In this document: one piece after another, positions 37,036 through 47,204 of the stretch | Layout: every line of letters begins with the position of its first letter | Position numbering within the stretch: the first letter of the stretch is position 1 | Source of the DNA: Candidatus Nealsonbacteria bacterium | Lineage (GTDB): Bacteria > Patescibacteriota > Minisyncoccia > Minisyncoccales > GWA2-38-27 | Direction of reading: 5' to 3' | Length of the DNA stretch: 59,686 nt | Assembly: GCA_030616085.1 (NCBI GenBank) | Contig: JAUWYA010000001.1 | Span: forward strand, 74,692-134,377 | The notes under the pieces: generated by a model | Databases searched by the model: none | Told to the model about the DNA's origin: nothing | The model's input: only the letters and a program-made list of their open reading frames with translations | Position numbers and translations under genes: made by a program

Positions 37036-38109
37036 ATGAAATTAGCTTTGTTTTTTGTCAAAGGAGTTTCTCTAAAGGTTTATGGAAAAATCGGGACCTT
37101 AGATAGAGAAATTAAACCCTATCAAGAGTTAGCAAAATATTTTGATGAAATACTTTTTTTAACTTATGATAGAAAAGAGCTTGCTCTTGAAAATATAAAA
37201 GTTTTAGATAATAAATGGAATGTACCAAGTTTAATTTACAGTTTTTTACTCCCATTTTTATATTGGAAAGAGTTAAAACAAGTAGATGTTTTAAAAACCG
37301 ATCAGATGTTTGGTTCTTGGACAGCAATAATAGCAAAATTCTTTTTTCAAAAAAAATTAGTAATTCGCTGTGGTTATCAATTATCATTTCTTGTCCCAAA
37401 AAAAGGTATCAAACGATGGAAACTATTAATAATTCAACTTTTAGAAAGGTTTGTTTATAGAAACGCCGATGCGATTATCGTTGCTTCAAAAAAAGATAAA
37501 AAATACATAGAAGAAAAATATAATATTTTACCCAAAAAGATAAAATATATCCCAAATTATATTGATACAGGACTGTTTAGGCCTTTAGATATTGGCAAAG
37601 AGAATAGAATTTGTTTTGTTGGGAGATTAGAAGAAGAAAAAAACCTTTTTAATTTAATTAAAGCAGTTTCAGGTTTAGGAGAAAAGTTAGTTATTTTTGG
37701 AAGTGGCTCTCTTGGACCCAAATTAAGAAGATTAGCTGGTTCAAATGTTGAATTTAAAGGGAATATTTCTAATAAAGATTTACCCATGGAGCTGAATAAA
37801 AGTAAGTTATTTATTTTGCCCTCATTGTATGAAGGCTGTCCAAAAGTTTTACTAGAAGCAATGGCCTGTGAGATGCCAGTAATTGGAACAAATACTTATG
37901 GCATAAATGAAATAATAAAAGATAAAGGAAACGGCTATCTATGCGGAACAGACGTTCTTTCAATAAGGAAGGCAATAATAGAAGTTTTGAGTAATAAAGG
38001 TCTTCAGAAAAAACTTTCTAAAAATGCCCGAAAAACAATTTTACAAAACTTTAGCTTAGAAAAAATTTTGGAAAAAGAAAAGAATATTTATGATAATTTA
38101 TATAACTAA
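37036..38109 (+). CDS. GT4 glycosyltransferase
   Basis: VGRLEEEKN and PSLYEGCPKVLLEAMAC motifs. Confidence 0.9.
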   Translation: MKLALFFVKGVSLKVYGKIGTLDREIKPYQELAKYFDEILFLTYDRKELALENIKVLDNKWNVPSLIYSFLLPFLYWKELKQVDVLKTDQMFGSWTAIIAKFFFQKKLVIRCGYQLSFLVPKKGIKRWKLLIIQLLERFVYRNADAIIVASKKDKKYIEEKYNILPKKIKYIPNYIDTGLFRPLDIGKENRICFVGRLEEEKNLFNLIKAVSGLGEKLVIFGSGSLGPKLRRLAGSNVEFKGNISNKDLPMELNKSKLFILPSLYEGCPKVLLEAMACEMPVIGTNTYGINEIIKDKGNGYLCGTDVLSIRKAIIEVLSNKGLQKKLSKNARKTILQNFSLEKILEKEKNIYDNLYN

Positions 38110-38710
38110 ATTAATACTAAGATTGCATAATTTTTGCTCTAGATTAATCAGTTTCTTTTCCGTAAAAACTGAAAGGGGACTGCATCCAAAACATCGGTTG
38201 ATGAATTATCATAAATTCTTTATAGATAATATTAATCCAGAAGATACAGTTTTAGATATTGGATGTGGAAATGGCGCTTTAACTTTTGACATTGCTAAAA
38301 AAGCTACAAAAGTTATTGGCATTGATTTAAATGGAAAAAACATAGAATTTGCTAAAGAAAGATTTTCTGCCCCTAATGTTGAGTATATTATTGGTGATGT
38401 CACAGAAAACCTACCAGATAAAAGATTTGACGCAATAATTCTCTCAAATGTTTTGGAACATATTGAGAATAGAATAGAGCTCTTGAAAAAAATAAGGAGC
38501 TTAGCTCCTAAGATTTTAATTAGGGTTCCAATGTTCAATAGGGACTGGATGGTTTTATACAAAAAGGAACTGGGAGTTGAGTGGCGATCAGATAAAACAC
38601 ATTATACAGAATATACTTTAGAAAGCTTTAAACATGAATTAAATCAAGCAAGTTTAAATTTAAGTAATTATTCAATTCAATTTGGCGAAATATGGGCAAA
38701 AGTAAGATAA
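38090..38710 (+). CDS. Class I SAM methyltransferase
   Basis: VLDIGCGNG and NVLEH motifs. Confidence 0.88.
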   Translation: MIIYITKLILRLHNFCSRLISFFSVKTERGLHPKHRLMNYHKFFIDNINPEDTVLDIGCGNGALTFDIAKKATKVIGIDLNGKNIEFAKERFSAPNVEYIIGDVTENLPDKRFDAIILSNVLEHIENRIELLKKIRSLAPKILIRVPMFNRDWMVLYKKELGVEWRSDKTHYTEYTLESFKHELNQASLNLSNYSIQFGEIWAKVR

Positions 38711-39729
38711 AAATTTTTGTATTTGGAAAAGATAATGTTGGATGGGCAATAGATAAATTAAGAGATAATTCAATCTATTTTTTAAGAGAAAATAAATTTG
38801 AAATTACAAGAAACATTTTTAAAGCTGACTATGTTTTTTGTGTATGGCATAGTTTATTGTTACTTCATCGGAATCTTTGGATTCAGTTATTAAGAAAAAT
38901 TTTCTCATTTAAGATTGTTGCGATAATTACCGATAACATTATTGTTTATTCTGGGAAATTAAATAAAATAAGAAAATATGCAGATGCTTTTATTGTTCCA
39001 TCCGCAGAATTATATAGTTTTTTAACAAAAGAAAAAATACAAGTTTATAAAATTCCTTCTTTTGTTAACCCAAAAGTTTTTAAACTTTTAAATTTTTCTA
39101 AGAAAGAAATTTGTGAGAAATTAAACATAGATCGGCAAATATTAAAAGATAAAATTATTATTTCTTCTTTTCAAAGAGATTCTTTTGGTATGGACTTATC
39201 TAAACCTAAATGGGAAAAAAATCCTGATTTGTTAATCCAAATCTTAAAAGAACTGCCAAGGGAAAAATTTGTTTTTTTGTTAGCAGGACCCAGAAGACAT
39301 TATATCATTAATCAATGTTTAGAAAAAAACATACCTTATTTGTTTTATGGAGATAATTCTTGTATTCAAAAAAAACAAGACGATATATTAATAAATAATA
39401 TTTCTTTAGAAACAATAAACTATTTATATAATTTAACTGATATTTACGTTATAACTTCAAAAAGTGAAGGAAATCCTTTGCAGATTTCAGAAAGCTCTTT
39501 AACAAGAACTTTAATTTTTTCAACAAAGGTTGGATTAGCGCCAGATTTTTTAGATCCTTATTTAATTTTTGTTAATAGAAAACAGGTTTGTGATAAAATT
39601 AAGAGATATATTAGTGATCCTGATTTTTTTGATGAGTTTATACAAAAGAATTATCAAAGAGTAAAAAAAGAAATGAATGAGCAAGTTGTTAAGCAAAGAT
39701 ATAAAGTAGCTATTTTAGAAACAAGTTAA
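38692..39729 (+). CDS. GT4-like glycosyltransferase
   Basis: WEKNPD and SKSEGNPLQISE motifs. Confidence 0.7.
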   Translation: MGKSKIKIFVFGKDNVGWAIDKLRDNSIYFLRENKFEITRNIFKADYVFCVWHSLLLLHRNLWIQLLRKIFSFKIVAIITDNIIVYSGKLNKIRKYADAFIVPSAELYSFLTKEKIQVYKIPSFVNPKVFKLLNFSKKEICEKLNIDRQILKDKIIISSFQRDSFGMDLSKPKWEKNPDLLIQILKELPREKFVFLLAGPRRHYIINQCLEKNIPYLFYGDNSCIQKKQDDILINNISLETINYLYNLTDIYVITSKSEGNPLQISESSLTRTLIFSTKVGLAPDFLDPYLIFVNRKQVCDKIKRYISDPDFFDEFIQKNYQRVKKEMNEQVVKQRYKVAILETS

Positions 39730-39734
39730 TTAGT

Positions 39735-40763
39735 ATGAAAATTCATATCCTATATAACTTTCAAAAAAGTCCCTGGGGAGGTGGAAATCAGTTTTTGGAA
39801 GCCCTAAGAAAAGAATTTGAGAAGCAAGATGTTTATGAACAAAATTCAGAAAAAGCAGATGTAATTTTATTTAACAGCCATCATAATTTTAATAAGGTTT
39901 TTAATTTTAAAAAAAGATTTAAAAATAAGATATTTATCCATAGAATAGACGGCCCAGTTTATTTAATAAGAGGAACAAATAAGGACTTGGATAAAATAAT
40001 TTATAAATTTAATGAGTTAATTGCTGATGGTATAGTTTTTCAATCAAATTGGTCAAAAACTCAAAACAACAAATCTTTTAAAATTTTATGTAAATATCAG
40101 ACAATTATTCATAATGCTTCAGATAAAAAGATTTTTAATAAAGATAATAAAAAAACATTTAATCCGGATAAAATTAAGCTTATTGTTAATTCCTGGTCTT
40201 CTAATTTGCGAAAAGGGTTTGATATCTATAAATTTTTAGATGAAAATTTAGATTTTTCAAAATATGAAATGTGCTTTATTGGTAATTCTCCAGTTGAATT
40301 TAAAAACATAAAATATATAAAGCCGGTTTGTTCAGAAGAATTAGCTAAGTTCTTAAAAGAACATGATGTTTATATTACTGCCAGTCAGAATGATCCTTGT
40401 TCTAATTCTTTGATTGAAGCATTGTCTTGTGGATTACCTGCAGTAGCGAGAAACAATGGAGGGCATCCAGAATTGGTCAAGAATGGGGGAGAATTGTTTG
40501 AGGGAAAACAGGATATAATTGAAAAAATTGAAAAAGTAGCAAAAAATTATTCTTATTATCAATCACAAATTCCAGAATTTTCAATTAAAAAAATTGCCCA
40601 ATTTTACTATAAATTTGCTGAAAGGATTTATGACGATGTTCAAAATAAACAATATAAATCAAAACAAGTTAGTTTTTCAACAGAAATCAATTTTTGCAAA
40701 ATGAAATATATGATTTTAAAGTGGAGGGTTTTTAATAAAATAAAAAAGGTATGCAGAATATAA
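39735..40763 (+). CDS. GT4-like glycosyltransferase
   Basis: WGGGNQF, RKG and DPCSNSLIEALSCGLP motifs. Confidence 0.8.
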   Translation: MKIHILYNFQKSPWGGGNQFLEALRKEFEKQDVYEQNSEKADVILFNSHHNFNKVFNFKKRFKNKIFIHRIDGPVYLIRGTNKDLDKIIYKFNELIADGIVFQSNWSKTQNNKSFKILCKYQTIIHNASDKKIFNKDNKKTFNPDKIKLIVNSWSSNLRKGFDIYKFLDENLDFSKYEMCFIGNSPVEFKNIKYIKPVCSEELAKFLKEHDVYITASQNDPCSNSLIEALSCGLPAVARNNGGHPELVKNGGELFEGKQDIIEKIEKVAKNYSYYQSQIPEFSIKKIAQFYYKFAERIYDDVQNKQYKSKQVSFSTEINFCKMKYMILKWRVFNKIKKVCRI

Positions 40764-41956
40764 ACCGGTTTTCCTATTACTATATTGCTTATAGCTTTAT
40801 AGAGGAAGAGAATTCAGCAAATCAGATTCAGAGTAAAAATACTTTTGAGAATCTAAAAAAAATAAACCCTTCTTTCAAGGGGATATTTCTGGGAAATCAA
40901 AAACGTTTATTTTGGAATATAAGACAGGAAGGAGATAAGTATTTTATAGATATGGTTGGTTATAAAACAGGAATTATCGAAAAATATCTTAAAATAGGAA
41001 TATTAGGAAAAAATTTGTTCCCACATATATTTGCTTGGAAGACCAGTAGGATATTAAAAAAAGATAGAAATATAAAAAATATTTATACAAGGTTAGCTAG
41101 CGCAGAAGAAGGGATTTTTTATTTAAAAAGGTTAAACGAATTAAATATAAATATGGTTACATTTGAATTTCATAATTTAACTTTTAAGCTTCCTAATTTT
41201 TATTATTGGAATTTTGAAAAGAAATATTGTTATAAAAAACATGTTCAATTTTTTAGCTTATTAAAGAATAATTCTCCAAGGGCAAAATTGGTTACTTTGA
41301 CTAAAAGTTTAGCAGATATTATAAGAGATAAATTTGATTATAAAGAAAATATTGAGATTATTCCTGACGCGCATAATTTTATAAAAGATAAGCCTAAAGA
41401 TATTAATTTTTACAAAGAGAAAATAGAAATTATTTATACTGGTTTAACTTTTCGTAATAGAGGAGTAAAGATTATTATTAAAGCATTAGAATTTTTGCCA
41501 GATAATTTTTATCTTAGATTAGTAGGCGGAAGAAAACATGAAAGAGAGAATTTAAGAAAAAAATATTCTTTTTTTATTAAACAGCAAAAGTTAATTTTGG
41601 AAGAACCTATTTCTTATTCTGAAGTTAAAGAAAAACTCATAAATGCAGATATTGCTATTCTTCCTACTCTTTTATCAGGGTTTGCCAATTTTACTTCTCC
41701 TTTAAAGTTATTTGATTATATGGCAATGGGAATACCTATTATTGCGAGCAATACCCAAAGCTTTAAAGAGATTCTGAATCGTGAAAATGCTTTGTTTTTT
41801 GAAGAAAATAATAGTAAAAATTTAGCTGAAAAAATTAATTATCTGGCAAAAAACAAAAAATTAGCAGATAGAATCAGCAAGAAAGCTTTTGAAGATTCAA
41901 AAAGATATACTTATCAAAAAAGAGCAGAAAGAATATTAAAATTATTAAAAAAATAA
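40751..41956 (+). CDS. GT4 glycosyltransferase
   Basis: SANQIQ, YTG...RG and SPLKLFDYMAMGIP motifs. Confidence 0.85.
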   Translation: MQNINRFSYYYIAYSFIEEENSANQIQSKNTFENLKKINPSFKGIFLGNQKRLFWNIRQEGDKYFIDMVGYKTGIIEKYLKIGILGKNLFPHIFAWKTSRILKKDRNIKNIYTRLASAEEGIFYLKRLNELNINMVTFEFHNLTFKLPNFYYWNFEKKYCYKKHVQFFSLLKNNSPRAKLVTLTKSLADIIRDKFDYKENIEIIPDAHNFIKDKPKDINFYKEKIEIIYTGLTFRNRGVKIIIKALEFLPDNFYLRLVGGRKHERENLRKKYSFFIKQQKLILEEPISYSEVKEKLINADIAILPTLLSGFANFTSPLKLFDYMAMGIPIIASNTQSFKEILNRENALFFEENNSKNLAEKINYLAKNKKLADRISKKAFEDSKRYTYQKRAERILKLLKK

Positions 41957-42604
41957 ATGGGATTAGGGCTTACTTCAAAAATTACTCGTAAAGAATTGAA
42001 AAAATTTTTAGAGAGGCATCAAGATAATGGTTTAACTCTTGACCTTGGTTGTGGAAGGTCTGTTTATCGTAATTATTTTCCAAACCGAATTGGTTTTGAT
42101 ATTGAAACAAGACCAGGAGTAGATATTGTTGGTGATGCTCACCATTTATCTTTTGAAGACGAAAAATTTGATAATATTCTGTGCACTGAAGTTTTAGAAC
42201 ACTTGCATTCTCCTCACATTGCTATTTTTGAAATGAAACGAGTTTTAAAAAAAGGAGGGAAATTAATTTTAACTACCCGTTTTATTTTTCCTCTTCACGA
42301 TGTGCCGGAAGATTATTATCGTTATACCAGGTATGGCTTGAAATACCTTTTTAGAGATTGGGAGATTATAGAATTAAAAGAAGAAGTGAAAACAATTGCT
42401 ACACTTGCAGTATTATTTCAACGTATTGGCTACCAATGCGAGATTTTAAGATTTCGTCCTTTTAAATATACGTTTTTTGTTCTGGCTAAAATATTAAAAT
42501 TTTGTGATTTTTTAATTACCAAAGAGTATGGCGATAAGAAAAATATGGTATTAGAAAATAATATTTTGACTAGTGGTTATTATTTAGTTTGTAGAAAAAA
42601 ATGA
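41957..42604 (+). CDS. Class I SAM methyltransferase (Methyltransf_11-like)
   Basis: LDLGCG, EVLEH, RVLKKGG and DYYRYT motifs. Confidence 0.9.
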   Translation: MGLGLTSKITRKELKKFLERHQDNGLTLDLGCGRSVYRNYFPNRIGFDIETRPGVDIVGDAHHLSFEDEKFDNILCTEVLEHLHSPHIAIFEMKRVLKKGGKLILTTRFIFPLHDVPEDYYRYTRYGLKYLFRDWEIIELKEEVKTIATLAVLFQRIGYQCEILRFRPFKYTFFVLAKILKFCDFLITKEYGDKKNMVLENNILTSGYYLVCRKK

Positions 42605-44178
42605 AAAATATAAATAAAACAAAAAATTTTAACATGAATAAAAAAATAATTCAAAAATTTGGTTCTGAACTGAAACTGGATATCGGCTGCGGTAAAAATA
42701 AAAAGACGGGATTTATTGGCGTGGATATTGATAAAAATAGTGATGTTGATATAGTAGCTTCTGCTTTAAATCTTCCTTTTGAAGACTCGACAGTAAGCGA
42801 GGTTAATTCTTCTCATTTAGTTGAGCATTTGTATCCAAATGAAGTCCCAAAATTTTTCAATGAAATTTACCGAGTTTTGAAAAAAGGGGGAGTAGCTAAA
42901 ATTAAAATTGATAGAGATTGGTCAGAAAGGAAACTTTTAAAAAAAGACCCAGAACACAAAAAAAGATACTCAGTGGAAGAAATAAAAGAAATGGTAAAGA
43001 AATTTAGATTTTCAAAAGTAAAAAGAAGAATATATCGCTATGGTTGGCACATTAGGCAAAAAATATTTGTGGAACTAAAGAAAAGTCCAATGAAAATAGG
43101 AATAATCACCTCTTCATTATCAGAAACAAATGGTTGGGGTAGGTATTCCTTGGAAATAGTAAAAGAATTAAAAAATTTTGGTGAAGTGAAAGTGATTTCT
43201 CACCAAATAGAGGAGTTAAAAGAAATTGAAACATATCCTATATTGCCTCCTCCTTTAGGCAATTCCTTAAAAAAGATATGGGCTCTGCTAAAAATTATAA
43301 AGTATCTTAAAGGTTGTGATATTTTTCATTGTTTAATCGAACCTTATGCTCCAATAATAGCCCTTGCCAATCTTAGTCTAAAAAAACCTTTTGTAATCAC
43401 TGCTCACGGAACATATGCAATTCAACCTATTAATAAAAAAGGAATAAATTCTTTCTTAATGAAATTTGCTTATAAAAAAGCCAATAAAATAATCTGCGTT
43501 AGCAATTTTACAAAAAATGAGATATTAAAAAAATGTAACTTAAATAATTTAGAAGTTATTCCTAATGGTGTTGATTACAGTGCTTTCTCGAATTATGAAC
43601 CAAACAAAGCAAGACCAAACAGAACTATAATCCTTTCGGTAGGGCCCATTAAGTCCAGAAAAGGATATGACGCCTCTATAAAGGCTATTTCCAGATTAAA
43701 AAAAGAAAATTTAAAATATTATATTATCGGAGATATTATTCCTAATGACTTTTTTTACAAACAATTAAAAGAGCTAATTAAAAAAGAGAATTTAGAAGAA
43801 AAAGTAAAATTCTTAGGCAGAGTTTCTAATGAAGAACTTCTTAATTTATATAATAAATGCAATATATTTTTACTTACGCCTAAAAATGTTAATTGTAAAG
43901 TTGAGGGATTTGGATTGGTTTATCTTGAGGCAAACGCTTGCGGAAAACCAGTGATTGGAACATATAATTGCGGGGCCGAGGAGGCAATTATCAATGGATA
44001 TAATGGATTTTTAGTGCCTCAAAATGATCCCGAAAAAACTGCCAAAGCTATTAAGTATCTATTAAATAATCCAGAGGTTGCTAGAAAAATGGGTGAGAAT
44101 GGAAGAAAGAGAGCTCAGGATCTCTCCTGGGAGAATATTGTTAAGGAAATAATAAAAATCTATGAACAAAGCCTTTGA
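42601..44178 (+). CDS. Fusion: class I methyltransferase plus GT4 glycosyltransferase
   Basis: LDIGCGKNK...HLVEH; internal Met at 43090 starts a GT4 domain with RKG and EGFGLVYLEA motifs. Confidence 0.85.
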   Translation: MKNINKTKNFNMNKKIIQKFGSELKLDIGCGKNKKTGFIGVDIDKNSDVDIVASALNLPFEDSTVSEVNSSHLVEHLYPNEVPKFFNEIYRVLKKGGVAKIKIDRDWSERKLLKKDPEHKKRYSVEEIKEMVKKFRFSKVKRRIYRYGWHIRQKIFVELKKSPMKIGIITSSLSETNGWGRYSLEIVKELKNFGEVKVISHQIEELKEIETYPILPPPLGNSLKKIWALLKIIKYLKGCDIFHCLIEPYAPIIALANLSLKKPFVITAHGTYAIQPINKKGINSFLMKFAYKKANKIICVSNFTKNEILKKCNLNNLEVIPNGVDYSAFSNYEPNKARPNRTIILSVGPIKSRKGYDASIKAISRLKKENLKYYIIGDIIPNDFFYKQLKELIKKENLEEKVKFLGRVSNEELLNLYNKCNIFLLTPKNVNCKVEGFGLVYLEANACGKPVIGTYNCGAEEAIINGYNGFLVPQNDPEKTAKAIKYLLNNPEVARKMGENGRKRAQDLSWENIVKEIIKIYEQSL

Positions 44179-44213
44179 TGAAAAAATAGCGATTTTTATG
44201 ACTTAGAATACCT

Positions 44214-44242
44214 TTTACATAAAACATAAATTATGGTATATA
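44214..44242 (+). promoter_or_regulatory. Internal extended -10 promoter, probably giving a leaderless mRNA
   Basis: TTTACA (44214), 17-bp spacer, TGn-TATATA (44237-44242); ATG at 44250 with no SD. Confidence 0.55.
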
Positions 44243-44249
44243 AAAATAT

Positions 44250-45482
44250 ATGCGAAAAATCATTTTAGTTGGCACAGGAGATTATTATAAAAATATTGTT
44301 TCTTCCTCTCTAAACATTATGAAAAAAGAGGGATTACTTGAATTGTTTGCTACCTGCAGTAGGGATTTAAAAGATTTAAATAAGCCAGATGTTTTTAGTA
44401 GAATTGAGCATATAGGAAGGAGCGGGCCAGAGAAACTTAGTGTTTTACTTTCTGATTTTAGGAATGAAGAAACCATTGTTCTCTTAAGTCATGCTAATAA
44501 ATTTCATACACCAGATGCAGAAGATTTGGTGAGGAATAATTTTAAGGTAATAGTTGAAAAACCCTATTGTATAAACAAATCTCAATTAGGGACTTTGCAA
44601 AATTTGATAAGTAGTCAACCCGATAAAATTGGCTTATTAGAGTACTATTTAACAATGAAATCAATCCCTCTGCTTATTCTGGCAGGAGAAATTAAGAAAG
44701 ATAGTTTTTATTTCAAAAAAGAAGGATTGTTAAAGAAGTGTAAGGGGTTGCGCTCTTTTGTTGATAATATAACTAAGTTGTCTGGGAGAATAGAAGAATT
44801 TATTGGCAAGCCAAAATTTGTATTGGTGGATCTTTTTGAAGGAGAGGGTCAGACAGGAAGATTAAACCATAGAGGAGCATCTCTCTGCGATCTTAGAAAA
44901 GGCGGGGGAATGATTCAGGATTTGGGCATTCATGCAGTATCTCCTCTTTTTGCCTTGGAGGATTATTTAGGCAATATTGATGAGTCGTTTAAGAAAGGAA
45001 AAGTAAGAATAGCTAAATGTAAAGAATATATTCAGATGGTTAAAAGAAAGTTTGGCTTGCCTAATAACTATATTGGAGAAACCTATGCTGAGATTGAATT
45101 TTCTACCTCAAAAAGTGTGCCAATAAAGGTGTCGGTAGGAAAGTATGTTTTAAATAACAAAAATCAAAGAAAAATGGTTATAATAGGTAGTAAGGGTAAA
45201 GCTTTTCTTGATCTTTCTTCTTGTTCCTTATTCCTTTCAACTAACAATAGACCTGAGATAAAAATAATAGAAATTCCCCAAAAGCCATCTTCTAAGTATT
45301 ATCCTGTTATAAGGGCAGGCTTGGAAGTATTAGAAGGGCATAGTCCTTTTAGCTTTAATGTTAGAGAAACAGCTTTAAGAGCTCAGTTGTTTATTTTAAA
45401 TGTTTTGGAAAAGGCCTATTTAGGAAAAATTAAGATTGGTTTATATAAATCAGGGGTCTTGCCTCAAGATATCTTTAAATAA
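44250..45482 (+). CDS. Gfo/Idh/MocA-like oxidoreductase (divergent)
   Basis: ILVGTG, H...VEKP and GGGMIQDLGIH motifs. Confidence 0.75.
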   Translation: MRKIILVGTGDYYKNIVSSSLNIMKKEGLLELFATCSRDLKDLNKPDVFSRIEHIGRSGPEKLSVLLSDFRNEETIVLLSHANKFHTPDAEDLVRNNFKVIVEKPYCINKSQLGTLQNLISSQPDKIGLLEYYLTMKSIPLLILAGEIKKDSFYFKKEGLLKKCKGLRSFVDNITKLSGRIEEFIGKPKFVLVDLFEGEGQTGRLNHRGASLCDLRKGGGMIQDLGIHAVSPLFALEDYLGNIDESFKKGKVRIAKCKEYIQMVKRKFGLPNNYIGETYAEIEFSTSKSVPIKVSVGKYVLNNKNQRKMVIIGSKGKAFLDLSSCSLFLSTNNRPEIKIIEIPQKPSSKYYPVIRAGLEVLEGHSPFSFNVRETALRAQLFILNVLEKAYLGKIKIGLYKSGVLPQDIFK

Positions 45483-45519
45483 AGAAATTATAATATTTTA
45501 AAATTTTATTGAAAATTAT

Positions 45520-46527
45520 ATGAAAAAAATTATTTTCTCAAATTATTTTCATGAATCAGAAATGAGGCCGCGAACTTTGTTTAAGCACTGGAAAGAAATT
45601 CTCAGAGGAGAACTTTCTCTACGTTTTGCTGATAAGAATGATTTTGTGGATATAAATTGTCCAGGATGTGGTAGTAAGGAATTTAACCCAGCATTTATGA
45701 AATTCGGATTTGAATATCAAAGATGCAATGTTTGCGATAGTTTATTTGTTTCTCCTAGGCCAACAGCTCTGGCCCTAAAGAGATTTTATCAAGATTCTCA
45801 GGCAACGAAGTTCTGGAGAGATAAGATATTGAAGGCCTCTATGGATGCCCGCCGCCGTTATCAAGTGTCCCCGCTATACACCTGGTTTTTGGATTTAGTA
45901 AAAGATTATCAGCCCAGAGCTAAATTCGCTATTGATTATAAACCAAAATATTTTAGTTTATTTCTTTATGATAAAGATTTCTATAGGCAACTTGAGAAGA
46001 TTATTTTTGTAGAACCTTTAGCTTTAGAGCAAAATTTTTCGGCTAAGAATATTAAAATAACCAGCGATTTAAAAGAGTTAGAAAATAAAGCTGATGTTTT
46101 TACTGCTTTTGAGGTTTTAGAGAGAGAGTTTGACCCGGCTTATTTTATTAAACAAGTAAGTAGAATTTGCCGTAAGGGGGGATTATTTTTTCTAACTACC
46201 AATACAATTAGCGGTTTTGAATATCAAATACTGGGCAGAAATTCACCCCGACTTGTCCCGCCAGACCGTTTAAATCTTCTCTCTACAGAAGTCATTCATA
46301 AATTTTTAGTCAAAGAAGGGTTTGAAATACTTGATTTGAGTACGCCTGGTAAGTTGGATGTGGAGCTGGTAGTTAACACCTTTAAAGAAAACCCAAACAT
46401 TGAAATGCCTGAGTTTTTGAGATACATGTTTAAATGTCGAGATGGAGATACATGGGAATCTCTTCAAGATTTTCTTCAGTTAAGCCGTCTAAGTTCTTTT
46501 TTGAGAGTTGCCGCTATAAAGAAGTAA
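45520..46527 (+). CDS. Zn-ribbon methyltransferase-like protein with degenerate SAM motif
   Basis: CPGC...CNVC, SPRP, FEVLE and STPGKLDV match the 52368 paralog, but the GxG loop is absent. Confidence 0.7.
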   Translation: MKKIIFSNYFHESEMRPRTLFKHWKEILRGELSLRFADKNDFVDINCPGCGSKEFNPAFMKFGFEYQRCNVCDSLFVSPRPTALALKRFYQDSQATKFWRDKILKASMDARRRYQVSPLYTWFLDLVKDYQPRAKFAIDYKPKYFSLFLYDKDFYRQLEKIIFVEPLALEQNFSAKNIKITSDLKELENKADVFTAFEVLEREFDPAYFIKQVSRICRKGGLFFLTTNTISGFEYQILGRNSPRLVPPDRLNLLSTEVIHKFLVKEGFEILDLSTPGKLDVELVVNTFKENPNIEMPEFLRYMFKCRDGDTWESLQDFLQLSRLSSFLRVAAIKK

Positions 46528-46530
46528 AAA

Positions 46531-46558
46531 AACAATTAACAATTAACAATTAATAATT
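46531..46558 (+). repeat. Intergenic heptamer tandem repeat (AACAATT)x3-4
   Basis: AACAATT AACAATT AACAATT AATAATT. Confidence 0.6.
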
Positions 46559-46564
46559 ATTAAT

Positions 46565-47185
46565 ATGGCCAAAAGAAATATAAAAAAAATGTATAAAAAA
46601 TCTTCCTGTCCCACAGAATATTTTAGAGAATATTCTAAATATTTTTTTCATTTGCTGGCAAATCTGGACTATAACACCATTGAAAAAATAACCAATGTTA
46701 TTTTAGAAAAATCTAAGCAAGGGAAAACAATATTTTTAATTGGTAACGGCGGAAGCGCTGCCACCGCTTCCCATTTTGTCACTGATCTTTCTCATGGTAT
46801 TTTGTTTAAAAATAAACCTTTAATTAAAGCGGTGAGTTTAGTTGATAACATTCCTTTATTAACCGCTATCAGCAACGATAAAGGATATGAGAAAGTTTTT
46901 ACTGACCAAATTAGAAATTTATTTCGGAAGGAGGACATATTAATGGCAATTTCCGCCAGCGGCAGCTCTCCTAATCTGGTTGAAGCCGTAAACCTTGTTA
47001 AAAAAATGGGTGGTATAACCATTGGCTTGGTAGGGTTTGACGGAGGGAAATTAGCCAAAATTTGCGATTATGTTATTCAGGTTCAAACAGAAAAAGATCA
47101 ATATGGTCCGGTAGAAGATGTCCATATTTTTTTGGGCCATATAATTACTTCTTATTTAGGTTTAAGTTTAAGCAAAAAAAAGTGA
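46565..47185 (+). CDS. SIS-domain phosphosugar isomerase (GmhA-like)
   Basis: GNGGSAATASH, AISND, SASGSSPN and VEDVH motifs. Confidence 0.85.
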   Translation: MAKRNIKKMYKKSSCPTEYFREYSKYFFHLLANLDYNTIEKITNVILEKSKQGKTIFLIGNGGSAATASHFVTDLSHGILFKNKPLIKAVSLVDNIPLLTAISNDKGYEKVFTDQIRNLFRKEDILMAISASGSSPNLVEAVNLVKKMGGITIGLVGFDGGKLAKICDYVIQVQTEKDQYGPVEDVHIFLGHIITSYLGLSLSKKK

Positions 47186-47204
47186 ATCTTGTTTTTAAAA
47201 ATCT

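Noticed and set aside
15310..47185. Alternative genetic code (TGA read-through)
   Set aside because: TGA ends genes at plausible positions (15312, 44178, 47185) and ORFs are full length under the standard code
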